A stretch of 64,000 bases of DNA from positions 6,202,001 to 6,266,000 of the forward strand of contig CM075997.1 of the NCBI GenBank assembly GCA_038087875.1, in the 5' to 3' direction. This stretch comes from Malacoraja senta. Lineage: Eukaryota. The position numbers and the translations under genes were made by a program. Numbering within the stretch: the stretch's first letter is position 1; each line of letters opens with the position of its first letter. Below are positions 14,155 through 27,269 of the stretch, one piece after another. Under the pieces are notes generated by a model. It was not told the origin of the DNA, did no database searches, and saw only the letters and a program-made list of their open reading frames with translations.

Positions 14155-14960
14155 TTGCTTTTTGTCATTAGATGTTTCTTTACCATATTAAAATAGCGCA
14201 CTCATTTGTCTTCTGTACAAAAATTCAAAAATTTTGGAATGAAATTTTTGAAATCTTTACAAAGTTATTTAAAACAAGACTGATACCCAAAGCAGAATGG
14301 ATTATCTTCGGAATAACGGAAGATGATCCAGAACTAAATGTGTTTCAAAAGAAATTAATGGACTATGGGTTAATAACTGGAAAAAAGCTAATTCTAAAAT
14401 TTTGGAAGAAGGCTCCAATACCAACTATAAATATGTGGATTTCAAATATGTTTGAAACATTACACCTAGAAGAGATAAGACTCCTCCTAGCAGGTAAACC
14501 AGATCACTTCCACCTGACGTGGTCTGCATTTATAGAATTATTACAAACATAGGGTGCAAAAGTACTTTAAAAAAATAAAAAATTGAGGTCAGGTAAGGGG
14601 GGATGATAGTTGAAGAGTTGGTATGTCCTATTTACGTGATGCTCAAAAAAAAAACATTTGTTTCTCTTTTTTTCTCTTTCTCTTTTCTTTTCTTAGGGCC
14701 TATTTCTTAACTCTTTTTCTTTTTGTTTTTAATTTCGCTCTTATAGGGTCTTCGTCCTTTTTTGTTGTTACATTTTCTACACTTTTCTACACTTGCACTT
14801 TTTCCTTCACTTTCTTCTTTCTTTCAATCTTTTCCTTTTCTAGTGTAAAAAAAATAATAATAAAGGGAGTACATTAATTGTAAGAAGATATAAATGACGA
14901 GTATTAATGTATGTGGTTGTAATGTAATGTACTTCTAATAAATAAAAATTAAAAAAATTT
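14155..14960 (+). mobile_element. L1-clade LINE 3' end (C-terminal cysteine-rich region, T-rich 3'UTR, A-rich tail)
   Basis: ORF 14172-14552 has HSFVFCTKIQKFW. AATAAA and an A-rich tail at about 14937-14960. Flanked on both sides by TTTTAAAAAATCA-like sequence (L1 endonuclease target / TSD). Confidence 0.8.
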
Positions 14961-15599
14961 TTTTAAAAAAATCAGATATATCTCAATCATGTTTTGCTTT
15001 TTGTAGATTGTATTTTATTTTTCAATTTCTCAAAATATTCACAAAGTATTCCAGTTTATAACCTCTGGTAACCAGTCTGAAATCCCGGATTTCCGATCAC
15101 GTTCTATAGATACTGATGCAGGATTCCTGGCCATCTTAGATTTTGAGCGTTAAGGTCATTTATAGTTACAGAAGTACCTGTAAGTGTACACTGAAGACAC
15201 ATTCAACCAATATAAAATAAAGTGGCATACAGATACTGGACAAGCAACTCCTGGACGCATGATGCAGTTATTCTATATACAATTCAATACAATTCAACTT
15301 TAATTGTCATTGCACAGATACAAGTATGGGTACAACGAAATGCAGTCTAGCGTCTGCTCGTAGCAATATTCTCTTTTCAATTCTTTTCAAAAAATATTCT
15401 CTTTTCAATTTGATTGTTATTTTATTGATATCAGAGTAGTCAATTCAATGAACATGCTTCATAAATATCTGTAAAGTTGAAACAAAACCAAAGCAAGTGT
15501 TGAACGTTTGTATATTTTATTATGCTGCTTAAATGCCACTTATTACAGTATTTTTGTTAAAGTTACCATTGCTGAAAGGAGCTTATCTGTTACTTTCAG

Positions 15600-15662
15600 A
15601 GTTGTCACATTGAAGAAGATGCAGAAGAAGAAAATGAAGAAGACGTTGAGCTTAGTTTTGAA
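15600..15662 (+). CDS. RYR1: RyR exon (approx. exon 78), SCHIEEDAEEENEEDVELSFE
   Basis: Boundaries tttcag|AGT and GAA|gtaagt; 63 nt; acidic linker as in RYR1 SCH...VSFE. Confidence 0.95.
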
Positions 15663-15803
15663 GTAAGTCTGCAATGAACCATAAGAATTTCAAACCATGC
15701 AAGCTGTAGATTTCAGTCAGAAAATTGAAGAATTTTGCATATCTTTACACTCTCTGAAACTCCTGTATATTAAGCAGTTGCTTCTACAGGTGCAGTTCCA
15801 TTA

Positions 15804-16476
15804 CAGTACCCTCCATAATGTTTGGGGCAAAGACCCTTCATTTATATATTTGCCTCTGTACACCACAATTTGAGATTTTTAATAGAAAAAATCACATGTG
15901 GTTAAAGAGCACATTATCAGTTTTTAATAAAGGCCATTTTTATACATTTTGGTTTCACCATATATAAATTACAGCTGTGTTTATACATAGTCCCCCAATT
16001 TCAGGGTACTATAATGGTTGGGACACATGGCTTCACAGGTGTTTGTAATTGCTCAGGTGTGTTTAATTGCCTCCTTAATGCAGGTATAAGAGAGCTCTCA
16101 GCACCTAGTCTTTCCTCCAGTCATTCCATCGCCTTTGGAAACTTTTATTGCTATTTATCAACATGAGGACCAAAGTTGTGCCAATGAAAGTCAAAGAAGC
16201 CATTATGAGAGTGAGAAACTAGAATAAAACTGTTGGAGACATCAGCCAAACATTAGCCTCACCAAAATCAACTGTTTGGAGCATTATTTAAGAGAAAGAG
16301 AGCACTGGTGAGCTTACTAATCGCAAAGGGACTGGCAGACCAAGGAAGACCTCCACAGCTGACAATGTGCACTTTAACGACATGTGATTTTTTTCTATTA
16401 CATATCTCAAATTGTGGAGTACAGAGGCAAATAAAGAAATTATGGGACTTTGTCCCAAACATTATGGAGGGCACGG
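15804..16476 (+). mobile_element. Internally deleted Tc1-family transposon
   Basis: Ends TA|CAGTACCCTCCATAATGTTTGGG and CCCAAACATTATGGAGGGCACGG|TA. A disrupted transposase N-terminus starts at ATG 16163 (MRTKVVPMKVKEAIMR...GRPRKTS) and then jumps into the right TIR. Confidence 0.88.
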
Positions 16477-16503
16477 TATAAGAAAATTAACAGGTTGTTG
16501 CTT

Positions 16504-17575
16504 ATGAATGAATGAATGAATGTTTATTGGCCAAGTATTCACATACAAGGAATTTACCTTGGTGCTATGCCCACAAGTGACAACGAGATACAGTGACAGT
16601 TAGGAATGACATATAAAACATTAAACATTAATAATAAAACATTATTGATTAAACATGTGAATTAAATAAAATATCAGAGCAAAAGGAGGCTACAGATTTT
16701 TGGTTATTGAGTAGAGCTACTACTCGTGGAAAAAAAGCTGTTTTTATGTCTGGCTGTGGCAGCTTTGACAGTCCGGAGTCAACTTCGAGGGGGAAGTGAT
16801 TCAAAGTGCTTGTGGCCAGGGTGAGAGGGGTCAGAGATGATCTTACCCGCTCGCTTCCTGGCCCTTGCAGTGTCATCATTGGAGGGAAGGTTGCAGCCAA
16901 CAACCTTCTCAGCTGATCGGAAGATTCACTGCAGCCTCTGGATGTCGTGCTTGGTGGCTGAGCCAAACCAGACCATGATGGAGAAGGTGAGGACAGACTC
17001 TACGATGGCCGTATAGAATTGGACCATCATTGCCTGTGGCTGATTGTGCTTCCTCTGTGCAGCAGGAAGTACATCCTCTGTTGTGCCTTTTTGACTGTGG
17101 CAGTCCGGAGTTGATGGTAGCTCCGGGTCGATGGTAGCTCCTTGGAGATGATGGTTCCCAGGAACTTAAAAGACTCTCACAGATGTGACTGTGGTGTTGT
17201 TGATTGTGAGTGGGGTGAGGGGAGGAGGAGTTCACCAAAAGTCTACTATCAATTCCACTGTCTTAAGAGCATTGAGCTCCAGGTTGTTGCGATGGCACCA
17301 GGCCGCCAGCTGTGTCACTTCCTGTCTGTAGGCAGATTCTCCCCATCCTGGATCAGCCCAATCATGGTTGTGTCGTCCTAAAACTTGAGGAGCTTGACAG
17401 AGGAGTCAGTGGAGGTGCAGTCGTTGGTGTAGAGGAGAGGGGAGAGTACGCAGCCTTGTGGTGTTCCTCTGCTGAGATGTGCTTTCCCAGCCTCACATGC
17501 TGCTTCCTGTCTGTCAGGAAGCTAGTGATCCACCGACAGAGGGGTTCAGGCACAGTCAACTCGGAAAGTTTGATT
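16504..17575 (-). mobile_element. Rex1/Babar-like LINE 3' fragment
   Basis: Peptide PLCRWITSFLTDRKQHVRLG; (ATTC)n tail at 16504-16522. Confidence 0.8.
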
Positions 17576-18384
17576 TTTATGCATTCAGGCCAAAGCTATT
17601 ATTAGTTATACACCATATATGAGAGTAAGAAGCTACAAAACCAGAAATTCAAATCAGACCTGTATTTTACTGGATTAACCTTTGCATATAAAGTAAAGTA
17701 TAAAGTATCCTTTATTGTCATTCAAACCTTTAGTTTGAACGAAATTACGTACCTTGCAGTCATGACAGAGAATAAAATAACAGAACGCACAATGAACACA
17801 GTTTAACATCCACCACAGTGAGTCTACCAGGCACCTCCTCACTGTGATGGAAGGCAAAAGTCTTAAAGTCCTTGTCTCTTCCTTCCTTGTTCTCCCTCTG
17901 CGTTGAGGCGATCCAGGCTTTCAATGTTGTGACCCCGCCGGGTGATGGTAAGTCTCGCGGCCGAATCCGAGCTCCGCGAACGGGCCAGTTCAAACTCCGC
18001 GGCCCGGGGCGGACGAAGCTGCCACCCTCCAGTCCAGCAGACGAAGCTGTTGTTGCATCTTTTCTGAGCAAGTGTATGATATATTTCTGACAACCAAACA
18101 AAAAGACACAAATGTTGGAGTAACTCAGAGGGTCAGACAGCATCTCTGGCGAATAAAGATTGGTGACGTTGCAGAACAGGACCCTTTATCAGATTGAAAA
18201 TGTATGTTTCTGGTCGGGACCCTTGTTCAGACTGGTTCAGACTGGACAGAGTCTGAAGAAGGGTCCTGACCCGAAACATCACCTGTCCATGTTCTCCAGA
18301 GTTGCTACCTGACCCACTGAGTTACTCAGCCCTTTGTGTATTTTTTTCTATTCAAATAATGTTGGGGTTTTTTAAAGTATTTTA

Positions 18385-19045
18385 GGTTTAGATTTATTAT
18401 TCGCAAGTGTACCGAGGTAGAGTGCAAAGCTTTGTTTTGCATGCTATCCAATCACATCATATAATTCTATACATATCAAGTGAAACCCAAGTACAAGGTA
18501 GAGCAAATATGAAGATACAGAGTACAGAATATAGTTCTCAGCATTGTAACGCACCAGTTCCATAGACAAAGTCCAACGTCTGCAATGAGGTAGAGGTGAA
18601 TCGGACAGTATCCTAGTTTGTGAAAGAACCATTCAGAAACCTGATAATAGAGGAGAAGCCATTCCTGAGTCTGGTGGTGTGCATTGTCCTTCTGTGCCTT
18701 CGGCCGAATAGGAGCAAGGAAAAGAAGGAATGATTTTGGTAAAATAAGACTTTGATTATATTAGCTGCTTTTCCCAGGCACAGTGAAGTGTAGATGGAGT
18801 CAATGGTGGGAAGTCTGGTCTGTGTGATGGACAACTTCAATTTTTTGTTTTCTTGGGCAGAGCTCTTCCCAAAGCTGTGATGCAGCCTGACACTATACTT
18901 TCTGTGGTGCATCTGTAAGAGTCATTGGAAACATGCCAAATTTCCTCGGTATCCAGAGGAAGTAGGGGCATTGGTGTGCCTTCTTGGCTGCTGCAACCAT
19001 GCGGTTGGTCCACGACACATCGTTGATGATATTGCACCAAGGAAA
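18385..19045 (-). mobile_element. Degenerate Rex1/Babar-like LINE 3' fragment
   Basis: Remnants YRCTTESIVSGCIT and LPTIDSIYTSLCLGKAANIIK. Confidence 0.75.
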
Positions 19046-20290
19046 TTGAACCATTTAAACATAAAACTGTCTCCCTATCAGGCAATTGAGCCCCAGTTTC
19101 CAGCATTAGCGGGGATACTGACCAATATACTAATGAGGAACATATTTTCTCACTGGTTCTGGACATTACTGGCACCCCTGCACTTCATGTGTTGTAAATA
19201 CCTGTACATTTTGCTTGGTAAGGAATTCCAAGATTTCAGGAATAAAAAGAGTCAAGAGTTTGATTTTAATTGTCATATGTATTGACAACAGAAAAATTAA
19301 ATCCTTTCTTGCACCGGCTTAACAGGACCATAAATGCAATACACACAGGAAATAGGTCATAATTTTATTTAAAAATCAGTAAACTGATAACTAACACGAG
19401 AGAGTTCACCCAGTGAGTTGTGAATTTGTGGAATTCTCTGCCACAGAAGGCAGTAGAGGCCAATTCACTGGATGAATTTAAAAGTGTGTTAGATAGAGCT
19501 CTAGGGGCTAGCAGAATCAAGGGATATAGGGAGATGGCAAGCACGGGTTACTGATTGTGGATCCTGCACCTATTTTCTATGTTAGTCCAAAACCCCCCCA
19601 GTTTTTAGTGCAACCAAAGACAGTTCATATAAGTTCATAGTTGCTGAGGTTAGTGTTGTGTAATGTTCAAGAGATTAGTGTTGTGCAATGTTATTGTGAA
19701 GAAGCTATTCTTCAATCTGTTAGTGAAGGCTTTCAGGCTCCTCTACCTCTCCCTGATGATAGGGGTTGATTGGTTCTTGATTAGTAAAGGTGTCAAAAGT
19801 TACCGGAAGGCAGTAGAATGAGGCTGAGAGGGATAAACTCGATGGGCCGAATGGCCTAATTCTGCTCCATTATTATTGCCATGGTATCATATTTAGATGT
19901 TCTAGTGAGGTGCCCTTCCACTTGTATTAAGCAGAGAGAGAGTCGGGCTTGCTTTATGATGAATGTATAGAAATTGTGACATTGAATGTGTGAAAGCTGT
20001 GGGAAACTGATTGAGAGCTTCGATTAGGGTTCATTTTTATTGAAATGGACCTATCTGAAGCAGGTTGCTAGCACGGGGTTCTATAAACTAGAACCAAGTC
20101 AGCTAGATTCCCTTGAATCACGTGCCTGGTCTCTGTGAAGAATCATTTCAGAATGAATGGTCCATGTACAACATTGTTTTATCATTATCAGGTTGTTATT
20201 ACATTTTCAATGTATTTCTTTAGTGTTATGAGACACCATCAGGTATGAAAGGTACACTATAAACAAACGTTTTTTTCTTTATTTTTATAG

Positions 20291-20506
<216 letters not shown>

Positions 20507-21223
20507 TAAAAAATGAAATACGTTGTGAGTAATAATTTGAGTTCGATCTTGCTAGTCTGATTATTTTGGTACCGCATGTGTGTCTTGAAGGCCTAAGGGA
20601 AGAAATAGTGGATCTAACATGTGCACTGGAAATAGCATGTGAAGGTAAATCATTTTCTCCTTTAGCAGATATTAAGTAGCTAGCTTTGGTTTCATTGACT
20701 CACTGATGGTCCTAGCTGTATCAGGGGACAAATTCTGCAGAAATACCAATGCTTTAATATCTGCTGCAGGGGACTTTGTGGCGTTATTTTTGATTATTTT
20801 TGATTCATTATTGTTCGTGTTCGTTTGGAGAGGACATCCTTTATGCTTAGGACAAAATGGGTAGGAAAGAACTGCAGATGCTGGTTTAAATCGAAGGTAG
20901 AAGGTGGAGAGTCTGAAACGTCACCCATTCCTTCTCTCCAGAGATGCTGCTGAGTTACTCCAGCATTTTGTGCCTACATCCTTTATGCTTATACTTATGC
21001 CTGGCATTTGGGATACTAAGGGAACACTCTGCTGCAAGTTCCAGGCTAGTGCATTTGAAATAGTTTATTTTACATTCCATACAAACTTGAAAAATATGAC
21101 ACAAAACTGTCAGGGGATTTGGAGCTCGTATTTAACTTCGCAAAAGAAAATAAACTAAAATTTGGAACGTGCTAGGTGACATTGCTGTTGCCGATACATT
21201 AGCTTTGGTTAATTTACAGATAA

Positions 21224-21385
<162 letters not shown>

Positions 21386-21690
21386 TGAATGTCTTATTTA
21401 TTATCATAAATGTCAAACAGTTATGTGAAAGTAATGTGCAATATATACAGGGTATGCCAGCTAGCACGTGGAAATGACTGGATTGTAATCAGGACCAGGT
21501 TAATAGAGAAAATATTTCAGGGTTCAAGTTCTATTTTGGCAGGAAGAAAATTCAAATTATGCTGATCAGGTAAATTAAGTAAGAAGGAAATATCTGGATT
21601 ATCCTAAAACCCCATCTAGTTTACAAATATACAGAGATCTGCTGAGGCAGGGTGGTAGAAGTGATTTATATGGATTTTAATAAAGACTTT

Positions 21691-22312
21691 AGAAATATAG
21701 AATATAGGTGCCTTCAAGCCAGCACCGCCATTCAATATGATCATGACTGATCATCCAAAATCAGTACCCCGTTCCTGCTTTTTCCCCATATCCCTTGATT
21801 CCGTTAGCTATATCTAAGTCTTGAAAACATCCAGTGAATTGGCCTCCACTGCCTTCTGTGGCAGAGAACTCCACAGATTCACAACTCTCTGGGTGAAAAG
21901 GTTGTTCCGCATCTCAGTCCTAAATGGCCTACCCTTTATTCTTAAACTGTGACCCCTGGTTCTGAACTTCCCCAAGATCAGGAAAAAATTTCCTACATCT
22001 AGCATGTCTAATCCCTTAAGAATTTTATATGTTTCTATAAGATTCCCTCTCATCCTTCTAAATTCCAGTGAATTTAAGCCCAGTCGACACATTCTTTCAT
22101 CATATGTCATTCCCGCCATCCTGGGAATTAACGTGGTGAACCTACACTGCACTTCCTCAATGGCAAGATTGTCCTTCCTTAAATTAGGAGACCAAACCTG
22201 CACACAATACTCCAGGTGTGGTCTCACCAAGGCCATGTACAACTGCAGTAGGACCTCCTTGCTCATATACTCAAATCCTCTCGCTATGAAAGCCTCTGAC
22301 AGGTCACACATT
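21691..22312 (-). mobile_element. CR1 LINE 3' end, abutting an older plus-strand CR1 (about 22315-23330)
   Basis: ORF 21814-22362 has LVRPHLEYCVQVWSPNLRKD...FTQRVVNLW; conserved CR1 3'UTR. Confidence 0.9.
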
Positions 22313-23561
22313 GCTTCAATGAGATCCAGGGCAAGTGAGCAAATTGGATCCAACATTGGCAAGGCAATAGGGGACAGAGTAATGGTTGAGGGCTGTCTTG
22401 CAATAGGATGCTTGTGACTAGTGGAGTCTTATTAGGATTGGTGCCTGGAGCGCTGTTTTTTATTCATATGAATGATTGGATTTGGATGTGAGCGGCAAGG
22501 TCAGTAAGTTGACGGACGACGTAAAAGTTTGCAGAGTTGTTGGTAGGTGGTCATATTCTGCAATAAGAAATCAATGTTTTATTGGGATAGACTGAAAAAT
22601 GGCAGATGGGTTTTAATCCAGACAAGTGAGAGATGATGCATTTTGGTAGTACAGATGAAGCTCAGACTTTAAAGATCGATTGATGTCACAGTGCAAGACT
22701 ATAGATCTTTGAAGGTAGCAATGCAGTTAGATAATGTGGTTAGGAAGACATAGGGCCTTTATTGGTCGAGGCATAATACATAAGTTGGGAGGTTTTGTTC
22801 AACTTTATAAAACCTTAGGCAGACCCCAGCTAGAGTACTGCATGCAGTTCTGGTCATCAAACTATAGGAAGGATGTGAGGAGAAGATGCAGAGGAGATTC
22901 ACTGGGATTTTACTTGTGATGGAGCAGTTCAGTTGTGAGTAGAGACTGGAGAAGGTAAGTACGTTAACCAGGGACATGACCCGGGTATATAAAATGATGA
23001 GGGGCGGAGATGGGGTGGACTGCAGGAAACATTTCTCTGTATTAGACTAAATAAGAGGGCATAGGTTTAGAATAAGGGGCAATAGATTCAGAGGGCATAT
23101 GAGGGGGAGTGTCTTCACCCAGAGAACTGGAGTACACAGCTGGAAGAGTTGTTGTAACTGCATCACTGACAGTATTTAAGAAATGTCTAGAAGAAGACTT
23201 GAATTGCTTAGGCATAGAGAGCTGTGGATCAAGTGTTGGACAAAGGGGTAAATGTGGAAAGGTACTCATTGGCCATCATGGACAAATTGGTCTGTATGGT
23301 TTATTTCCATGCTGTACAACTCTATGATTGAATGAATTCTTGGTCTAGTTCCTGAGTTCCACAACAATTGGATTGGCTTCTAACAGCTCTCTGAAGAGGC
23401 CTGGCAAACCTATTCATTTGAAGGGTTATTAATCTAATTTTGGTTAAGCCATAAATGTTTGTCTCCCACGAGAGAAGCCAAAGCTATGGGAAATAATTAA
23501 AAATGAAAAGTTGATCATTACAGCAAAATGTGATTGTCTACCGGTTCTGCCCTTTGTTTAG

Positions 23562-23638
23562 AAAATGCTAGACTATCTGAAGGAGAAAAGAGAGACTGGT
23601 TTCTTTCAAAGTATGCAAGCTCTCATGCAAACCTGCAG
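23562..23638 (+). CDS. RYR1: RyR exon (approx. exon 81), KMLDYLKEKRETGFFQSMQALMQTC(S)
   Basis: Boundaries tgtttag|AAA and CAG|gtgagt; 77 nt. Confidence 0.96.
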
Positions 23639-25320
23639 GTGAGTGAGTTTGTGGTTCTTCTCTGTACTGCTGCATTTTGAACACGGCGATTTCTCAATTC
23701 CGTGTCCCCTGAACGAGAAAGTTCTACAGTCTGGCCTATCAATTGATTCCACAGTTATGAGCATAAATCATTTACTACTTGACCAATTCGCACTTCTGCT
23801 GAAAAGTTCAAATGACAGAATACTGCTCTCACAACATTTAACATCCATGACTCTGTAACTTGAAGATGAGAGGAAACATTTAATAGGGGGAACTTTTTCA
23901 CACAGAAGGTGTTGGGCATATGGAATAAGCTGCCAGAAGAAGTTGTCGAGGCATGTACAATAACAACATTTTAAAAATATTTGCACAGGAGCAAGGAAAG
24001 GAAAGGCTTAGAGGGATAGTGGCCAAACACAGGCAAATAAGATGAGCTTGAGTGGGGCATCTTGGACAGCATGAATGTTGGGCCAAAAGGCTTGTTTCCG
24101 TGCTGTATGACTCTATGAAGCATCTGGACAAACACTTGAATCCTCAACGAAGACACAAATTGCTGGAATAACTCAGCAGGTCAGGCAGCATCTCTGGTGA
24201 ACATGGATAGGCAAGGGTCCCAACCCAAAACGTTGTCTATCCATGTTCTCCAGAGATGCTACCTGACTCGCTGAGTTATTCCAGCACTTTGTGTCTTATT
24301 TGGTAAACCAGCATCTGCAGTTCCTTGTGTCTACTTAAATTTCCAAGATTTAGTAGGCTGGGGACTAAGTGGCAGTAAATGGATGAGCGCTGAATAAAGA
24401 GTTGGAGACACGTAGGTTGAAATGTTTGTATGGTGCACTTCCGGTTAAATGACTGAAATATAATGCTAAATTATTGATTGGTTTTGGGAAAAGCATGTCA
24501 ATGTCAGAGTATGAATTGTCAGATTGATGCTGTACTAAGCTCCATTACATGTTGAACAGTGAATATTTAAGATTAACAGGAATTGACTGCACATATCAAA
24601 GTACCCATTTCGACCACAGTCCAGTCAAGTGAAATTTGTGTTTGTCATGGCACCTAAACATTTTGGAAACAGTAGAGAATAGGTGCAGGAGTAGGCCATT
24701 CGGCCCTTCAAGCCAGCACTGTCATTCAATGTGATCATGGCTGATAATCCACAATCAGTACCCCGCCCCTGCCTTCTCGCCATATCTCCTGATTCCGCGA
24801 TCTTTAAGAGCCCTTTCAAGCTCTCTCTTGAAAGTATCCAGAGAAACGCTGTTGACGTGGAGTTTCCCCCTGCTGTGCATGTTTGCAGCAGCCCAACACC
24901 AGCTGTGCAGAGTCGTCACAAAGGATTTCATTTGTGTAAATGACAACAATCCAGAAATCCTTATTCTGTAAAGAAGAAGCTTTACTAGAAGTTGTGAGAT
25001 TACTGTAATCTTAGTATGACCACTGGCAGTAGGTTTAGCCTTCCCTGTCATTCTATCGAATCTAAACCCTATGTATATTCGCAGCCATCCTGGGAATCAA
25101 ACTTCCAACCGTTCGATGAGAGACAACTCGTAGTGAGTTAAGTTCCTGGCTGTCGTCAGTGTCTCAGTGGTCTCTCTGCTGACGCCGAGTGAATAACCAG
25201 TTTCCCCATCCAGAGTACAGTAATTCAGTAGCCTCTTTCCTGAGTGCAGAAGCTCTTAGTCTGTTTACCTAAACTGATTGTAGGCCCTGTCCTAATACCA
25301 GTTTTGCTGTGACTGAGAGA

Positions 25321-25639
25321 TCCCACTATTAAGATAATATCCCACTACCGCATCCGACTAAAGTTTAAAAAATCAAAAGACTTTTAATTTAGAACGACCA
25401 GCTTCAACTGATGACGTCACAATGGCTCGGCTAGCAGGAACACTGAACTTTTCACCTCACAGGAGGGGGAGGGCGAATTGCTATTGCAACACGCAGGGGA
25501 AGTGCAATTGGAATAATTTTTTAAAGCCCACTGCACAGAGAGGCAGTGGAGCGCTGGAACCTTACGTTCGGGAACGGCTTGAGTTGGAGGGCTATGCTTC
25601 CCGTGCACTTAGTCTAGTATTATAAAACTCTCTCTGTGG

Positions 25640-25679
<40 letters not shown>

Positions 25680-27123
25680 CTGGTTAGTTTTCCTAATCTC
25701 TTCCTAACTCCAGGCCACAGCCTTCCCATTTTCACACAATCTAATCATATTTTTCCCGTCGTGGCGATAAACATCTTCCCATTGCATTCCCACCTATCTG
25801 AGGTTTTTAATCGTTTAAAGTTTTAAAAACACCCCGAAAACTCAACCTTTTTGGAAGAAAAAATCGGAGTGACATCACAATGCACTCACAAGGCAGGACG
25901 GGATACTCCGGGAGGGAGGGGCACTCCAGTGCTTGTGCGGCAGCTGATGGCGCCCGACGCCCGGTCACGAGGGTGGTGCCGCGGGCCCTGGCTGGAGCCG
26001 TGCCTAGTACTCGAGCCGGAGTGAGAGCCGTGCCCGGGGCTTGGGATGGGGCCGAAACCGGGGCGGAGAAAGAAGCCGCCGCTGGATCCAAGGACTGCGA
26101 GCGCTGAAAGGATGCAGGAGGAAGATGCCCCCTCCCTATCTACCCTCACTCCCACCCTCTCTATCCCTCTCCCTCTCTACCCCATCGCTCTCCCTCCCTC
26201 GCCCTCTCCCTCTCTACCCTCCCTCTACCACACTCTACCCTCTCCCTCTACCTACCTCCCTCTCTGCCCTTCCCCTCCCTCTAACCCCCTCAACCTCCCT
26301 CTACCCTTCCTCCCTCTCCCTCTCTAACCCCTCCCCCTCCAACTCTACCCCCTCCCTCTCCTTCTCTACCCCCTTCCCTCTCTGCCCCCTCCCTCTCTAC
26401 CCCCTCCCTCTCCCTCTTCCCCCCCCTCTCTGCCCCACTCTACCCCCTTCCCCCTCCCTCCTCCTCTCTGCCCCCTCCCTCTCCATCTCTACTCCCCTGC
26501 CTCTCCCTCTCTGCCCCCTTCCTCTATGCCCCTCCCTCTCTACACCCCTCCCTCTCTACACCCCCTCCCTCTCTAGCCCCCTCCCTCTCTACCCCCTCCC
26601 TCTCTAACCCCTCCCTCTCTACGCCCCTCCCTCACCCTCTCCCTCTCTACCCTCCCTCGACCCACTCTACCCCCTCCCTCTCCCTCTGCCCCCTCCCTCT
26701 CTCTCTCTACCCCCTCCCTCTCAGCCCCTCGCCCTCTCCCCTCCCCCTCTCTCTACTTTCCCTCTCTACTCCCCTCCCTCTCCCTCTCTACCCCCTCCCT
26801 CTCCACCCCTCTCCTTCTCTACCCCCTCCCTCTCTGCCCCCTCCCTCTCTGCCCCCTCCCTCTCTGCCCCCTCCCTCTCTGCCCCCCTCCCTCTCTGCCC
26901 CCCTCCCTCTCTGCCCCCCTCCCTCTCTACCCCCCTCCCTCTCTACACCCCCTCCGTCTCCTAGGGTGAAGAGAGGGAGGGAGTGCTGGGGATAAGGAGA
27001 AATGAGCCGTGCCTGCGCAGTTGGGGGCTATGCGTGAGTGGTGCAATATTGCATTGGGGGAACGTGTGAGTGGTGGAATCTTGCGTTGGGGGAGCAGACC
27101 CAACGGGCCTGCACTTGGTCTAG
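25321..27123 (+). mobile_element. Composite non-autonomous Helitron (two units, 25321-25617 and 25618-27123)
   Basis: A|TC start at 25321. 3' hairpin GCAGACCC-AAC-GGGCCTGC (27094-27112), then ACTTGGTCTAG|T. Internal CTAG at 25614-25617 and (GT)n near the second 5' end. Homologous to 44313-45132. Confidence 0.8.
26128..26960. repeat. Polypyrimidine/polypurine minisatellite built from CCCCTCCCTCTCT(A/G)C-like units
   Basis: About 830 bp almost entirely C/T, ending in near-perfect CCCTCTCTGCCCCCT repeats. Confidence 0.95.
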
Positions 27124-27269
27124 TATGCCAATAAAACACTCTTGACTCGATTTGAGTTATTGTACAACAGGGAAAAAGCCCCTTCAGCCCAACTCGCCCA
27201 TGCTGATCAAGTTGTCTTCCTAAGCGAATCCCATTTGCCTCAAAAGGTAAGCAGTAGTTTTCAGAACCA

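Noticed and set aside
26041..26607. 188-aa Pro/Leu/Ser-rich ORF
   Set aside because: It is the translation of the C/T minisatellite; low-complexity artefact.
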